A DNA stretch of 64,000 bases. It comes from Candidatus Poribacteria bacterium (GTDB lineage: Bacteria > Poribacteria > WGA-4E > PCPOR2b). Shown piece after piece: positions 21,559 to 31,798 of this stretch. The DNA is taken from the NCBI GenBank assembly GCA_965208675.1, contig OZ242351.1, positions 480,001 through 544,000 on the forward strand, given 5' to 3'. Under the pieces are notes generated by a model. The model worked only from the letters and a program-made list of their open reading frames with translations, made no database searches and had not been told where the DNA came from. Within the stretch, counting starts at the first letter, position 1; the number at the start of each line of letters is the position of its first letter. The position numbers were made by a program, and so were the translations under genes.

Positions 21559-22389
21559 ATGCTGAACGATACATACGCCTACGTCCGTGCTAGGTGGGTA
21601 ATCTTAGTTTCGATAATCGGGTTTGTTGCTCCGGCTATTGTATTTGATTTGGATCAGCCACTTGAGTCCACAATCTTTGATGTGGTATCCTACGGTCTCG
21701 TCGGATTCCTGCTGTGGCTAATTTGGGGACAGAATCTAAGAAGCCATGAGATATTTGGATCGCTCCCCTCTAAACGGGAGGCGTGCGTTTATCTTAGCCT
21801 CGGTATTCCGTGGGCAAACGCCTCTCTTTTAGGCATATATCTGTTGTTTGTGCCGTTGTCCTACGTAGCCCCTGAGGCTGTCTCTGGGTGGCTGCTTGAA
21901 GCGGAACCCCCTGAATTCATTGATGGGTTTTCCTTAGATACAATATTGGTGAACAGTATACAAGGTTTCCATACAGCACTATTGGTGCCGATTGTCGAGG
22001 AGATTGTCTTTCGGGGGTTTATTCTTCATCGGTGGTGCGACAAATACGGCGTGAAGCGCGGAATTGTGCAGACGTCAATACTGTTTAGCTTGCTGCACGT
22101 AGAATTCCTTGGAAATTTCGTCGGTTCGGTCATCGTGAGTGTTCTCTGCCTCCGTACAAATTCGCTCGTCGGGCCCATTCTTATCCATATTGGCAATAAC
22201 CTTGCGATAGTAATAATGATATTGTTCGTCTGGTTACTAGGAGGGGATGTTGAGAGTATCTGGGATGCCACACCGGTCCAGGAGTTCCAATTTGACTGGT
22301 GGTACGGGGCAATCGCTGCGGTTACCAGCGTTCCGTGGTTGTATTGGTTTGTAAAGACCCGATTGTTGGAATCGAATGTCTCGCCTTAA
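21559..22389 (+). CDS. CPBP (CAAX/Abi) family intramembrane metalloprotease
   Basis: PIVEEIVFRG, FSLLH and HIGNN motifs; multiple TM segments. Confidence 0.88.
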   Translation: MLNDTYAYVRARWVILVSIIGFVAPAIVFDLDQPLESTIFDVVSYGLVGFLLWLIWGQNLRSHEIFGSLPSKREACVYLSLGIPWANASLLGIYLLFVPLSYVAPEAVSGWLLEAEPPEFIDGFSLDTILVNSIQGFHTALLVPIVEEIVFRGFILHRWCDKYGVKRGIVQTSILFSLLHVEFLGNFVGSVIVSVLCLRTNSLVGPILIHIGNNLAIVIMILFVWLLGGDVESIWDATPVQEFQFDWWYGAIAAVTSVPWLYWFVKTRLLESNVSP

Positions 22390-22501
22390 ATTAGCACGGA
22401 TGGGATTCAACCTAAATCAATTGGGCGCCGCTGTAAACGTTGACAACAAAGAATTTTCGATTTTATAACATCCAATAACAGGAAGGGACGGGAAACCGTA
22501 A

Positions 22502-22717
22502 ATGCAATCGTTCAAAATTATCGTTGAAAAACACACAGATGGTTATGTCGCCTACCCACTTGGTCTAAAGGGCGTCGTCGTAGGGGAAGGCAACACCTAC
22601 GAAAGTGCAGTAGCTGACGTTACCTCCGCGATCGAATTTCATATTGAGACGTTCGGAAAAGAAGTGCTAGAGACTGAAGAACCTGCCTTGGATGATTTTC
22701 ATCGAGTTACCGCCTAG
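22502..22717 (+). CDS. HicB-like antitoxin (UPF0150 type), no adjacent hicA
   Basis: IIVEKHTDGYVAYPLGLKGVVVGEGNTYESAVADV is a HicB N-terminal pattern; TTGACA...TATAAC promoter-like sequence at 22440-22469. Confidence 0.75.
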   Translation: MQSFKIIVEKHTDGYVAYPLGLKGVVVGEGNTYESAVADVTSAIEFHIETFGKEVLETEEPALDDFHRVTA

Positions 22718-22811
22718 CGTGATCAGTTGGAAACATCACGATTAGCAGATTTGGCTAGCGGTAGTCTTTCGTTTTTAACTTCAGTTGGACCTACGCAAGA
22801 AGTTCAAAAGT

Positions 22812-22840
22812 CCCCCTGATAAGGGGGATTTAGGGGGTTA
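22812..22840. repeat. solo palindromic repeat CCCCC-TGATAA-GGGGG-ATTTA-GGGGG-TTA
   Basis: Same core as the inverted repeats at 25179 and 25567. Confidence 0.85.
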
Positions 22841-22964
22841 AAAACACTGAAATAACGACTTTTCAATTCCAAATTTTCCTTTTTCTGCTCAATTATCAGG
22901 GTTTGCGGAGCGTTGAGTCGCAAACTCGAAATTTCCAAAAATTTTTACCCAAGGAGACTTACGC

Positions 22965-23432
22965 ATGAATTTAGAATCGTACATGGCTGAAAGAGTTGAC
23001 AACCAGGTTGAGAATTTTGACCAGCTTGCACGCCGTAACCAGAGAATATATAGTTTTCTGCGAATGGCCACGATTGCGTGCAACGTTCTCACCGCCTTTG
23101 CTATCGCGTTGACACTCGCTGCGCCCGCACGATACAAGATATATATGGGGCTGGGGGCGTTGGTCCTCTCAATGATAGTCCTTGCTACACACCAGATTCA
23201 AGAGTTCTACAAGTTCGGGTCGAAATGGGAAAAGTACCGAACGGTCGCAGAGCAGATAAAATCTGAAAAGTTCCTGTTTCTGAATGACGCAGGTACGTAT
23301 CGCGCAGGTGATACCGATTCAAAGAAACGCGCCTTCATTGAAAGCGTTGAAGGTATCATTCAGGGAACGGATAAGTCCTATTTTGCACTGATGATGGAAC
23401 CGGGCGAAGAACATGAAACACATTTACAATAG
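22965..23432 (+). CDS. DUF4231 / SLATT-like two-TM protein
   Basis: RVDNQVENFDQLARRNQ, two TM helices and W.KYRTVAEQIKSEKFLF; AAGGAG ribosome-binding site. Confidence 0.75.
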   Translation: MNLESYMAERVDNQVENFDQLARRNQRIYSFLRMATIACNVLTAFAIALTLAAPARYKIYMGLGALVLSMIVLATHQIQEFYKFGSKWEKYRTVAEQIKSEKFLFLNDAGTYRAGDTDSKKRAFIESVEGIIQGTDKSYFALMMEPGEEHETHLQ

Positions 23433-23448
23433 CGTATGAGATAAGCAT

Positions 23449-26076
23449 ATGCCACGACTAACCGAACAGGAACAGCAAGAGATTATCCGCTTCCTTGAGG
23501 CGGACAAACCGCTTCCCGACAAATACCGATTTCTACTGTTTGAGGACAAGCGCGAGGTGGAGTTAGTCTGGAACGGCAAGTCCAACACGGTCTGTAACAT
23601 CGTCCTCCCCTTTCAGTCGATTGAACTTGTCGATGAACCCCGCGCCGAAAAAACCTCCGACACGTCCTTGCAACTCGACCTCTTTGACGAGCGTGGACGC
23701 CAACGCAAGGGTTGGACGAACAAACTGATTTGGGGCGACAACAAGCTGATTCTGTCCTCGCTAAAGAATGGTCCCCTGCGCGAGGAGATTGAGGCGCAGG
23801 GCGCGCTCAAGTTAATTTACATCGATCCACCGTTTGACGTCGGCGCAGATTTCTCAATGGATATTGAAATTGGCGGCGATACCTTTACCAAGAAGCCGAA
23901 CATTCTCGAAGAGATAGCCTACCGCGACACTTGGGGAAAAGGTGCGGATTCTTTTATTTCCATGATTTATGAGCGGCTGATTCTAATGAGGGATTTACTA
24001 GCGGAGGACGGAAGCATTTATGTGCATTGCGATTGGCGGGTGAATAGTCTCATCCGCCTTGTTTTAGACGAAGTGTTTTCGACTCAGTTTTATAAGAATG
24101 AAATTCGATGGAAGAGACAGCCGCCACGTGGTGCTAAGGCCATCTCTAAGCAGTACGCTAGATCTTCAGACTCGATTTTATACTACACAAAACTACCTTC
24201 TGGAATATGGAATCGACAGTATAAAGGTTACAGCGAGAAGTATATCAAGACCAAATTCACACATACAGACGATGGCGGCCGCGTCTATCGCATTGATGCG
24301 ATTGGGGATTACTCTGAGAAATCAATTGCAAAATTTAGACAACAAGGCAAAATTTACGATTATCCTTCTGGAAAACTAGGACTGATAAGATACTTAGACG
24401 AAGCAAAAGGTGAAGTAGTAACGGATGTTTGGATTGATATAAACGAAGTCAATTCCCAAGCACTTGAAGGCACCGGTTACGCTACCCAAAAACCCGAAGC
24501 CCTACTTGAACGCATCATTAAAGCATCATCAAACGAAGGCTACCTCGTAGCGGATTTTTTCTGCGGCTCCGGCACCACCGCCGCTGTCGCCGAAAAGCTG
24601 GGACGAAAGTGGATTGCTACAGACCTCGGCAAGTTCGCCATCCATACCACACGTAAACGCATGATTGGCGTTCAGCGTCAATTGAAAGCCGATGGAATCG
24701 ACTACCGCGCATTTGAAATCCTCAACCTCGGCAAGTACGAGCGCCAACACTACATCGGCGTCAATCCCAACCTGCGTGAAGAAGAACAACAACGTCAAAT
24801 GAAACAGAAGGAGGAGGCGTTCATCGACCTCATCCTGCGCGCCTACGCCGCCGAGAAAACGGACGGTTATGCCGCTTTTCAAGGTGTGAAAGCCGGGCGG
24901 CTGGTGGCGGTGGGACCTGTCAATCTGCCCGTAACACGCTTGTTTATTGAGGAACTCATCTTGGAATGCCGCAAGCATCGAATCACGCGGGTAGATGTGC
25001 TCGGCTTTGAGTTCGAGATGGGGCTGTTCCCAAACCTGTTAGATGAGGCACGAAGCAAAGGCATTGACCTCCTGCCGAAATACATTCCCGCCGAGGTCTT
25101 CGACAAGCGTGCAGTAGAACGTAATCAAGTCGTATTCCACGATGTGGCGTTCATTGAAGTTAAGCCGATCATCTCCTACCCCCCTGATAAGGGGGGCAAG
25201 GGGGGTTATGTCCCTTACAATAAATCCCTAACCGAAAAAGCACGTGAAAACCGAGATAACCCAACCTCGGCAGAGCAGAAATTGTGGTACGAAGTGCTAC
25301 AAAACAAACGACTTGAAAATCTGAAATTCACGCGCCAGAAACCGCTAGATGAATATATTGTTGATTTTTATTGCGCCGAACTGATGCTTGCTATTGAGAT
25401 CGCCGGCGATACCCATGCAGGGCAAGAGCAATACGACAAACGCAGGACTGAAAACCTAAACAAACATGGCATTCAGGTAGTTCGATATACCAATACTGAG
25501 GTGCTGAATAATCTCGAAGGAGTGTATCACGATTTGCAAGAACGCATATCTACGAGAAAAGCCTCTAACCCCCCTCGCCCCCCTTATCAGGGGGGTTATG
25601 CAGCCTCGTCCGGTGGACTGCCAACCGTAGCGGTCGAATTGACTAATTTTTCCGTGTTTTACTCCCAAGACTCTATCGCCCACGCCGAGGAAACGCTGAA
25701 AATCAGGGGCAGTCGGGTCATTGTGGATAGGGGGCAAATCGTCAAAGTGAGCAAAGATGCAAACGGGATTGTTACACGCAAAGTATTGACACAACACTGG
25801 ACGGATTGGATCGATTATTGGTCGGTGGATTTTGACTTTGAGAGCAAACGCGAAATCATCCGCGTCCAACATCCTGAAACCGGGGAATCGGAGGAACAGT
25901 GGACGGGCGATTACATCTTTGAAAATGAGTGGCAGAGTTTCCGCACCAAGAAAGACCGATCATTAGAGCTAACCAGCGTCGCCCACGAATGCACCCCGGG
26001 ACGCCGCAAACTCGCCGTCAAGGTCGTGGATATTTTTGGGAATGATACGATGACGATTGTGGAGGTGTCGGTGTGA
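23449..26076 (+). CDS. type III R-M modification subunit (N6-adenine DNA methyltransferase) with an inserted DUF559 endonuclease domain
   Basis: [21 protein letters not shown] and DFFCGSGTT; internal segment ARENR...AEQKLW...KFTRQ...YIVDFYC...IEIAGDTH...RYTNTEV. Confidence 0.9.
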   Translation: MPRLTEQEQQEIIRFLEADKPLPDKYRFLLFEDKREVELVWNGKSNTVCNIVLPFQSIELVDEPRAEKTSDTSLQLDLFDERGRQRKGWTNKLIWGDNKLILSSLKNGPLREEIEAQGALKLIYIDPPFDVGADFSMDIEIGGDTFTKKPNILEEIAYRDTWGKGADSFISMIYERLILMRDLLAEDGSIYVHCDWRVNSLIRLVLDEVFSTQFYKNEIRWKRQPPRGAKAISKQYARSSDSILYYTKLPSGIWNRQYKGYSEKYIKTKFTHTDDGGRVYRIDAIGDYSEKSIAKFRQQGKIYDYPSGKLGLIRYLDEAKGEVVTDVWIDINEVNSQALEGTGYATQKPEALLERIIKASSNEGYLVADFFCGSGTTAAVAEKLGRKWIATDLGKFAIHTTRKRMIGVQRQLKADGIDYRAFEILNLGKYERQHYIGVNPNLREEEQQRQMKQKEEAFIDLILRAYAAEKTDGYAAFQGVKAGRLVAVGPVNLPVTRLFIEELILECRKHRITRVDVLGFEFEMGLFPNLLDEARSKGIDLLPKYIPAEVFDKRAVERNQVVFHDVAFIEVKPIISYPPDKGGKGGYVPYNKSLTEKARENRDNPTSAEQKLWYEVLQNKRLENLKFTRQKPLDEYIVDFYCAELMLAIEIAGDTHAGQEQYDKRRTENLNKHGIQVVRYTNTEVLNNLEGVYHDLQERISTRKASNPPRPPYQGGYAASSGGLPTVAVELTNFSVFYSQDSIAHAEETLKIRGSRVIVDRGQIVKVSKDANGIVTRKVLTQHWTDWIDYWSVDFDFESKREIIRVQHPETGESEEQWTGDYIFENEWQSFRTKKDRSLELTSVAHECTPGRRKLAVKVVDIFGNDTMTIVEVSV
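25179..25595 (+). mobile_element. 417-bp in-frame DUF559/Vsr-like endonuclease cassette flanked by 29-bp inverted repeats
   Basis: Left repeat 25179-25207 CCCCCCTGATAAGGGGGGCAAGGGGGGTT; right repeat 25567-25595 AACCCCCCTCGCCCCCCTTATCAGGGGGG, a 28/29 match to the reverse complement. The span is a multiple of 3. Confidence 0.8.
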
Positions 26077-27629
26077 GAATCAGAGACATATACTTGACGG
26101 GTTTTAAGCGATTTACTGATTTGACAATTGAGGGTATTCCTGATACGGCGAAACTCGTTGTTTTAGTTGGTCCCAGTGGCAGCGGAAAATCATCTCTATT
26201 TGATGCTATAAATGCTTGGGGAAAAGATCATACATATAGCATCTATGACCCTGAATATTATAGGAAAGATGGACAACCAACGAATCGGGGTTCTCCGGAT
26301 TCGTTTAATAGTCTCGGCGTGAGTATAAATGCCGATGATTGCCCGTCAAATTTGGGGGAAGCTTGTTATATCCGATCGGCATATCGGCACACGCCAAAAT
26401 TCAGCGTTTCTACGATGGAAAAAATTGATGAAAGCCAATATTGGCGCCATGATGTTAATGCACGACTAAATTTTTCTTCGGGTGATTCTGAAGTGCAGAA
26501 CAATTACCAAAGAGTATATGGACGGATAATGGATGCAGTCTTTAACTCTCAAGTTCGTACTAATGAGGATATTAGGGAAGGAGTTATAGGCCAAGTTCGC
26601 GATTCTTTGCAATCTATTTTTCCCGACTTGCAGTTGCATTCTCTCGAAGATTCTGAAGGCAAAGGAACTTTCTATTTTGAGAAAGGAGCAGCTAAAAAAT
26701 ATGACTATGTCAATTTATCGGGAGGTGAGAAAGCGGCTTTTGATTTGCTTCTTGATTTTATTGTCAGGAAAGAAACTTACTCAAATGCGGTTATGTGTAT
26801 TGACGAACCAGAAGTACACATGGGATTGAGTGCTCAGGGCAAATTGCTCGAGGTCCTTTATAAACTGATACCTGAAAATTCGCAACTTTGGTTGGGAACT
26901 CACTCTATAGGAATTTTACGGGCATCGAAAAAAATCTTGGAAACAAATCCCGGCAAAGTCGCCTTATTGGATTTTTCCAGGCACGATTTTGACCAAAAGA
27001 CTAACATAGAGCCAATTACTAATCCTGACCGTAAATTTTGGGAATCTCTGCATGATAGTGTTCTTGACGATCTATCTGGCTTACTGGCACCGGAAAAAAT
27101 TATTGTGTGCGAATCAGGCCAAGGGAGTGACGGTTTTGATGCCCGTTGCTACAATGAAATTTTTGCTAAATATCACCCCGATGCACTGTTTGTTTCCGCC
27201 GGAGGAAAATCGGAATTAGATAAAATTATCCCTATACTTCAAACAGTCATACAAAAAGCCGATATTTTCGCGGTACGCGATCGAGATGATTTGCTTGATA
27301 GACGGCGTAATGAACTTATTCAGCAAGGCACACGTGTTTTGAACCGGACCAGCATAGAAGATTACCTGATTGATGACGAATTGCTGGAAATATTCGCCGA
27401 CGTCCATGAGTTATCTAAAAGCCAACAGAGGGAATTAAAAGGCATCAACCGAAAAAACGATTCGGCTAAGGCGAGGGCTGGGCAGATATATCAGAAAGTC
27501 AAATCGTACAAGTCAATTGTTGGTGAAACCAAAGAGGAATTTCTTTCGGATGTCCTTGCACCCTTGTTAAACCAAGAGTTAGCCGTTTATCAGGAATTGG
27601 AAGAAGATATTTTTGGAACCCAAAGTTGA
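26073..27629 (+). CDS. ABC/AAA ATPase with a C-terminal TOPRIM-like domain (OLD-like, putative defence nuclease)
   Basis: [20 protein letters not shown] and THS; C-terminal VCES...RDRD...IEDYL; GTGA overlap with the mod stop codon; AT-rich by eye. Confidence 0.75.
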   Translation: MRIRDIYLTGFKRFTDLTIEGIPDTAKLVVLVGPSGSGKSSLFDAINAWGKDHTYSIYDPEYYRKDGQPTNRGSPDSFNSLGVSINADDCPSNLGEACYIRSAYRHTPKFSVSTMEKIDESQYWRHDVNARLNFSSGDSEVQNNYQRVYGRIMDAVFNSQVRTNEDIREGVIGQVRDSLQSIFPDLQLHSLEDSEGKGTFYFEKGAAKKYDYVNLSGGEKAAFDLLLDFIVRKETYSNAVMCIDEPEVHMGLSAQGKLLEVLYKLIPENSQLWLGTHSIGILRASKKILETNPGKVALLDFSRHDFDQKTNIEPITNPDRKFWESLHDSVLDDLSGLLAPEKIIVCESGQGSDGFDARCYNEIFAKYHPDALFVSAGGKSELDKIIPILQTVIQKADIFAVRDRDDLLDRRRNELIQQGTRVLNRTSIEDYLIDDELLEIFADVHELSKSQQRELKGINRKNDSAKARAGQIYQKVKSYKSIVGETKEEFLSDVLAPLLNQELAVYQELEEDIFGTQS

Positions 27630-27722
27630 GAATCTCAATAACGATGGGGTGAAATAAGGTGTCACAACAAGGTCTTTACAAATCATTCTCGACGTTACGA
27701 GGTTTCTTGTCAGGGAATAATC

Positions 27723-28112
27723 ATGTCAGCAGGTATTAGGATATCTATGTTTGAAGTCGTGGGTAGTCCACTTTGCGTTGCTTCTAGCGATGGGCAGAAG
27801 GTACACGATCGCATCGCTTCAGTTCTTAAAGCAGATAGAAATGTCGCTCTTTCATTTCACAATGTCACGACGCTCACCGCGGCTTTCTTGAACTCTGCAC
27901 TTGGTCAATTGTATGGGACATTCAGTGAAGGACAAATTCGTTCTCGGTTGAAGGTAGAGGACGTGGAGACAGACGATTTTGCGCTTTTAAAGCGCGTTGT
28001 TGACAATGCCAAAATGTACTTCAAGGATCCGCAGCGTTTCAATCAAGTGATTCGAGAGACATTGGGGAATGAAGACGATGAAGCATATAGCGATGTGAGA
28101 CGACAACACTAG
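27723..28112 (+). CDS. STAS-like domain protein (DUF4325-like)
   Basis: CVASSDGQKV...LSFHNVTTLTAAFLNSALGQLYG pattern. Confidence 0.7.
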   Translation: MSAGIRISMFEVVGSPLCVASSDGQKVHDRIASVLKADRNVALSFHNVTTLTAAFLNSALGQLYGTFSEGQIRSRLKVEDVETDDFALLKRVVDNAKMYFKDPQRFNQVIRETLGNEDDEAYSDVRRQH

Positions 28113-28242
28113 AAACAATGCGATAGCAATCTTGAAGGTTCCCGCCAACTGACATTTTTCCACACGACACAATGAAGCCAGAAAATCAACCGCCCGTGTA
28201 TGTTGATTGATAAGTTAGCCATTTGCTCTGACAAGGTAACTT

Positions 28243-30030
28243 ATGATCCCCATCTTCACCCACCCACTCGGCTTTCTGTCACTGTTGGCGATTCCGGGGC
28301 TTGTCGGCATCTACTTGCTGCGCACGCGATCGCGACGTTACCCGGTGTCTAGCTTGATGCTGTGGGTGAACCAGCGGCAAGCACGTGCCGGCGGTCTACG
28401 CGTAGAGCGGTTGCAGACTCCTCTTCTGTTCTTTCTGGAGTTGCTCACGATAATCTTACTCGCCCTGGCAGTGGCGGCCCCAATCATTCGGACCGCGCAG
28501 GGAGCGGTGCCGCTAATCGTCGTGCTGGATGACTCCTACTCAATGCTTGCAGGCGTTCATGATAACACGAGAAGCCGCGCCATTGCAGCGCTTGAAAAGG
28601 AACTCGACCCTGAAGGGTTGAACCCGCTCACCAACCGCCGTTATGCGGTGCGCTACGTGCTCGCGGGCTCAGAGCCGCAGGTGTTGAATGAAGCGGCGAA
28701 AACTGCGGACGACGCGATTGCGCAGCTTGAAAACTGGAGGTGTCATTCGCCGTATGCGGACCTAGAGAGGGCAATCGCATTCGCTGCGGAGCTTGGAGGA
28801 CCGAAAACACTCATCCTTGTTCTAACGGACGAACCCCCTACGCACACGTTTGAGGGGGAGCGCATCCAGTGGTGGAGTTTCGGAACCCCGCAACCGAACG
28901 CTGCGATTGTCAATGCGGCCCGAACTGCCGCGGAATCGGGCGAACGGTGCCTGTTTGAAGTTACGAATCTCTCGCCGAATATGATGGTAAGGGAGTTTAT
29001 CGTAAGGGCAGATGAGCCTGCCGTGCAACGACCTTCGTCGCCGCTGCACCGTTCGACCCTCGAACTCGAACCGATGGCGGCGCACCGGATTGTCCTAAAC
29101 CTTCCGCCTGAGACGCCGCGGTTGCGAGCGCAAATTGGCGATGATGCGCTTGCCATTGATAACGAAGTTTTACTCTTGCCGCAACGCCGAAAGCCGGTAC
29201 GCGTTGATGTCCGTGTTCGAAACCGGCAGATGCGTTCGTTGGTTGAAAATGCACTGGTGTCGACGGATAGAAGTATACCGGTAAAAGCCCGGCCTGAGTT
29301 GGTGTTTCTTGATGATACAGCAGTATCCGATATCTCGCCAGGGGCGTGGTATATGTATATCATCAGCGAACCGGAGGCGTCTGCTTATCTCGGTCCTTTT
29401 GTCGTTGATCGGCGTCATCCATTGACTGAAGGGCTGTCGTTCAGCGGTGTCGTATGGGGAGCCGGTAGGACTGAAGCATTTATGGGGAACCCAATCATCA
29501 CCGCCGGAAATGTCCCGTTACTGACCGACACCGAACTATTCACGGGCAGTCACGAACTCCGATTACGCCTCCGCCCGGACCTGTCGACGCTTCAGCGTTC
29601 ACCGAACTGGCCGGCATTGATGTGGAATCTCCTCCAATGGCGCGCTTCCAAGACACCCGGACTAAACCGCGCCAACCTTCGGCTAGGTGAAACAGCGGTG
29701 CTGACCACGGCGTTAGGAACGGAATCTGTTCAGGTTGTTTCCCCCGACGGCGCCATACGAGAGCTAGCCGTAGTAGACCGGACGATAAACGTCACGACTG
29801 AGTCCGTCGGCATCTATGAGATGCACACCGATGCAGGCAGATATGCGTTCGCGTCTAACGCGCTTTACCAAGAAGAGTCAAATCTTACAAATAAAGCGGG
29901 CGGGCGGTGGAGCGATTGGGGCGAAGAAACCTTGCGCTGGTGGGGTTATCACAGTTTTGCATGGTTCTTCCTGCTGCTCGCGATTGGCATTTTAACGCTC
30001 CACCTGATTCTCGCCAAACGTGAAGCCTAA
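28243..30030 (+). CDS. BatA N-terminal / vWA domain membrane protein
   Basis: N-terminal LLAIPGLVGIYLL...VSSLMLW; MIDAS-like LDDSYSM...TD; C-terminal TM helix. Confidence 0.8.
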   Translation: MIPIFTHPLGFLSLLAIPGLVGIYLLRTRSRRYPVSSLMLWVNQRQARAGGLRVERLQTPLLFFLELLTIILLALAVAAPIIRTAQGAVPLIVVLDDSYSMLAGVHDNTRSRAIAALEKELDPEGLNPLTNRRYAVRYVLAGSEPQVLNEAAKTADDAIAQLENWRCHSPYADLERAIAFAAELGGPKTLILVLTDEPPTHTFEGERIQWWSFGTPQPNAAIVNAARTAAESGERCLFEVTNLSPNMMVREFIVRADEPAVQRPSSPLHRSTLELEPMAAHRIVLNLPPETPRLRAQIGDDALAIDNEVLLLPQRRKPVRVDVRVRNRQMRSLVENALVSTDRSIPVKARPELVFLDDTAVSDISPGAWYMYIISEPEASAYLGPFVVDRRHPLTEGLSFSGVVWGAGRTEAFMGNPIITAGNVPLLTDTELFTGSHELRLRLRPDLSTLQRSPNWPALMWNLLQWRASKTPGLNRANLRLGETAVLTTALGTESVQVVSPDGAIRELAVVDRTINVTTESVGIYEMHTDAGRYAFASNALYQEESNLTNKAGGRWSDWGEETLRWWGYHSFAWFFLLLAIGILTLHLILAKREA

Positions 30031-30487
30031 CACACCGCTTTCGTTGTTTCCACGAACACGCCAAGGCCCGTAGTCCATCCAATAAAAGTTTACACATGAT
30101 TCGGCCGCTGCAGTGTCTAACGAAATCTGCGGGTTGAACCAACACCGGGTCGGTTAAAAAATCGAACGCGCCGCGGTGTACAAATAATTTACGGTCTTGC
30201 CATAAAGCCGTGTACATCGACATTCCGATTCCTCCAGCCCATACTTACTCCCATTTCACAACCTTCAGACTGAATGCTAAATCGACACTCGTCGGAACAT
30301 ACTGCGTTGGACTACACCCTCCCGTTAAAGAATTTCCCGGCGATGCACCCCGCACGGCAGGTTAATTATAATTACCCCCAAAAACTAGACAGTGTCTTAA
30401 GGTGGAATTGTTGCTGTCAAAACGGCCATGTTATGAGCCATAATAAGGCTCAGCAATGCCAAGAATTGCGAAAGGAGTTTGTTTAAC

Positions 30488-30775
30488 ATGGCTCGTAGAA
30501 AACAGTACGATAATCGATTCAAAGCGCAGGTGGCGATTGAAGCCATTAAAAATGAACGCACCATGGCGCAGATTGCCAGTGACTACGAAGTCCACCCGAA
30601 TCAGGTCAGGCAGTGGAAAAGACAGATTCTGGAACAATCACCCCAGCTATTTGCGAACGGACACACGCAATCAACTTCCGACAACGACCGCCTTATAGCT
30701 GAACTCTACCGGCAAATCGGTCAGTTGAAGGTAGAACTAGACTGGCTTCAAAAAAAAACTCGAATGCTCCATTAG
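30488..30775 (+). CDS. IS3 transposase OrfA (HTH)
   Basis: RKQYDNRFKAQVAIEA...YEVHPNQVRQWK...LYRQIGQLKVELDWLQKK; A9 slippery run at 30750-30758. Confidence 0.9.
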   Translation: MARRKQYDNRFKAQVAIEAIKNERTMAQIASDYEVHPNQVRQWKRQILEQSPQLFANGHTQSTSDNDRLIAELYRQIGQLKVELDWLQKKTRMLH

Positions 30776-30846
30776 CACAGAAGCGGCGGCTTGTCAAGCA
30801 AGAGCGCGGTGCTCCATCGGTTTCGAGACAGTGCGAACTGTTAGGG

Positions 30847-31602
30847 TTGCCGCGCGCTTCGTATTATTATCAACCCGCAGCGGAAGAATCGCCGGAAAAC
30901 CTGCTTTATATGCGTCTGATTGATGAACAGTACATTAAAACGCCGTGCTACGGTGTCCCTCGAATGACGGACTGGCTATGTGATAATGGCCACGCTGTCA
31001 ACCGGAAACGGATTGCTCGGTTGATGCGAAAGATGGACTTAGTTGCCATCTATCCCAAGCCCCGTCTCTCCAAGCACGGCAGGCCGTCGAAAAAGTATGC
31101 TTATCTACTGAAGGATTCAATTATCACTCGACCGGACCAGGTATGGGCAACTGATATCACCTATATCCGTTTGAACACCGGCTTTGTGTATCTAGTGGCG
31201 ATTATGGATTGGTACTCTCGATATGTGTTATCATGGGAATTGTCAAATACACTAGACGTTTACTTTTGTCTATCGGCACTGGAACGGGCATTGAGTTGTT
31301 CTAGCCCTTTGATATTCAATAGCGACCAGGGCGCGCAGTTCACGTCAGATGCCTTTACGACTCGGCTTGAATCGGCTAACATTGCCATCAGTTGGACTGG
31401 TGCTGGCAGCGTGTTTGACAACATTTTAATTGAGCGGCTCTGGCGGACCGTCAAGTATGAACATGTGTATCTTCACGCTTATGACTCAGTTCACGCGGTT
31501 TGGTGTGGCTTGAACAACTATTTCAAGTTTTATAATGAGGAGCGGCTTCATACGTCGCTCAATACTAGAACACCTCATGAGGTGTATTTTCAAAAATCCT
31601 AG
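30847..31602 (+). CDS. IS3 transposase OrfB (DDE integrase core), probably expressed as OrfAB by -1 frameshift
   Basis: WATDITYI, NSDQGAQF, DNILIERLWRTVKYE and YNEERLH. Confidence 0.92.
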   Translation: MPRASYYYQPAAEESPENLLYMRLIDEQYIKTPCYGVPRMTDWLCDNGHAVNRKRIARLMRKMDLVAIYPKPRLSKHGRPSKKYAYLLKDSIITRPDQVWATDITYIRLNTGFVYLVAIMDWYSRYVLSWELSNTLDVYFCLSALERALSCSSPLIFNSDQGAQFTSDAFTTRLESANIAISWTGAGSVFDNILIERLWRTVKYEHVYLHAYDSVHAVWCGLNNYFKFYNEERLHTSLNTRTPHEVYFQKS

Positions 31603-31798
31603 GTGTTGAAGCATAGCCGGATTGTCTAGCAATTACACCTTAATAGACGAGCATTACTGTCTAAACATTGGGGGTAAGTAAAAACGCCCGTCATATTTTG
31701 CCGGTTTTTGAAACCACATACCTACCACTGCGTAGACGATTACCACAAGACACAAGCAGGGCTAAGGTTAGGTTTAACCGTAAAAACCCAAGGATACA

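Larger units (their letters stand above)
30369..31680 (+). mobile_element. IS3-family insertion sequence
   Basis: Imperfect terminal inverted repeats (TA-A/C-TTACCCCCAA-N4-TAGACAG at both ends) and orfA/orfB organisation; ends uncertain by a few bp. Confidence 0.9.

Noticed and set aside
25179-25595. Intein or self-splicing intron in mod
   Set aside because: No Cys/Ser start with a His-Asn end and no intron hallmarks; the insert is bounded by DNA inverted repeats instead.
30031-30368. Gene interrupted by the IS3 insertion
   Set aside because: No convincing frame could be joined across the element by manual translation.
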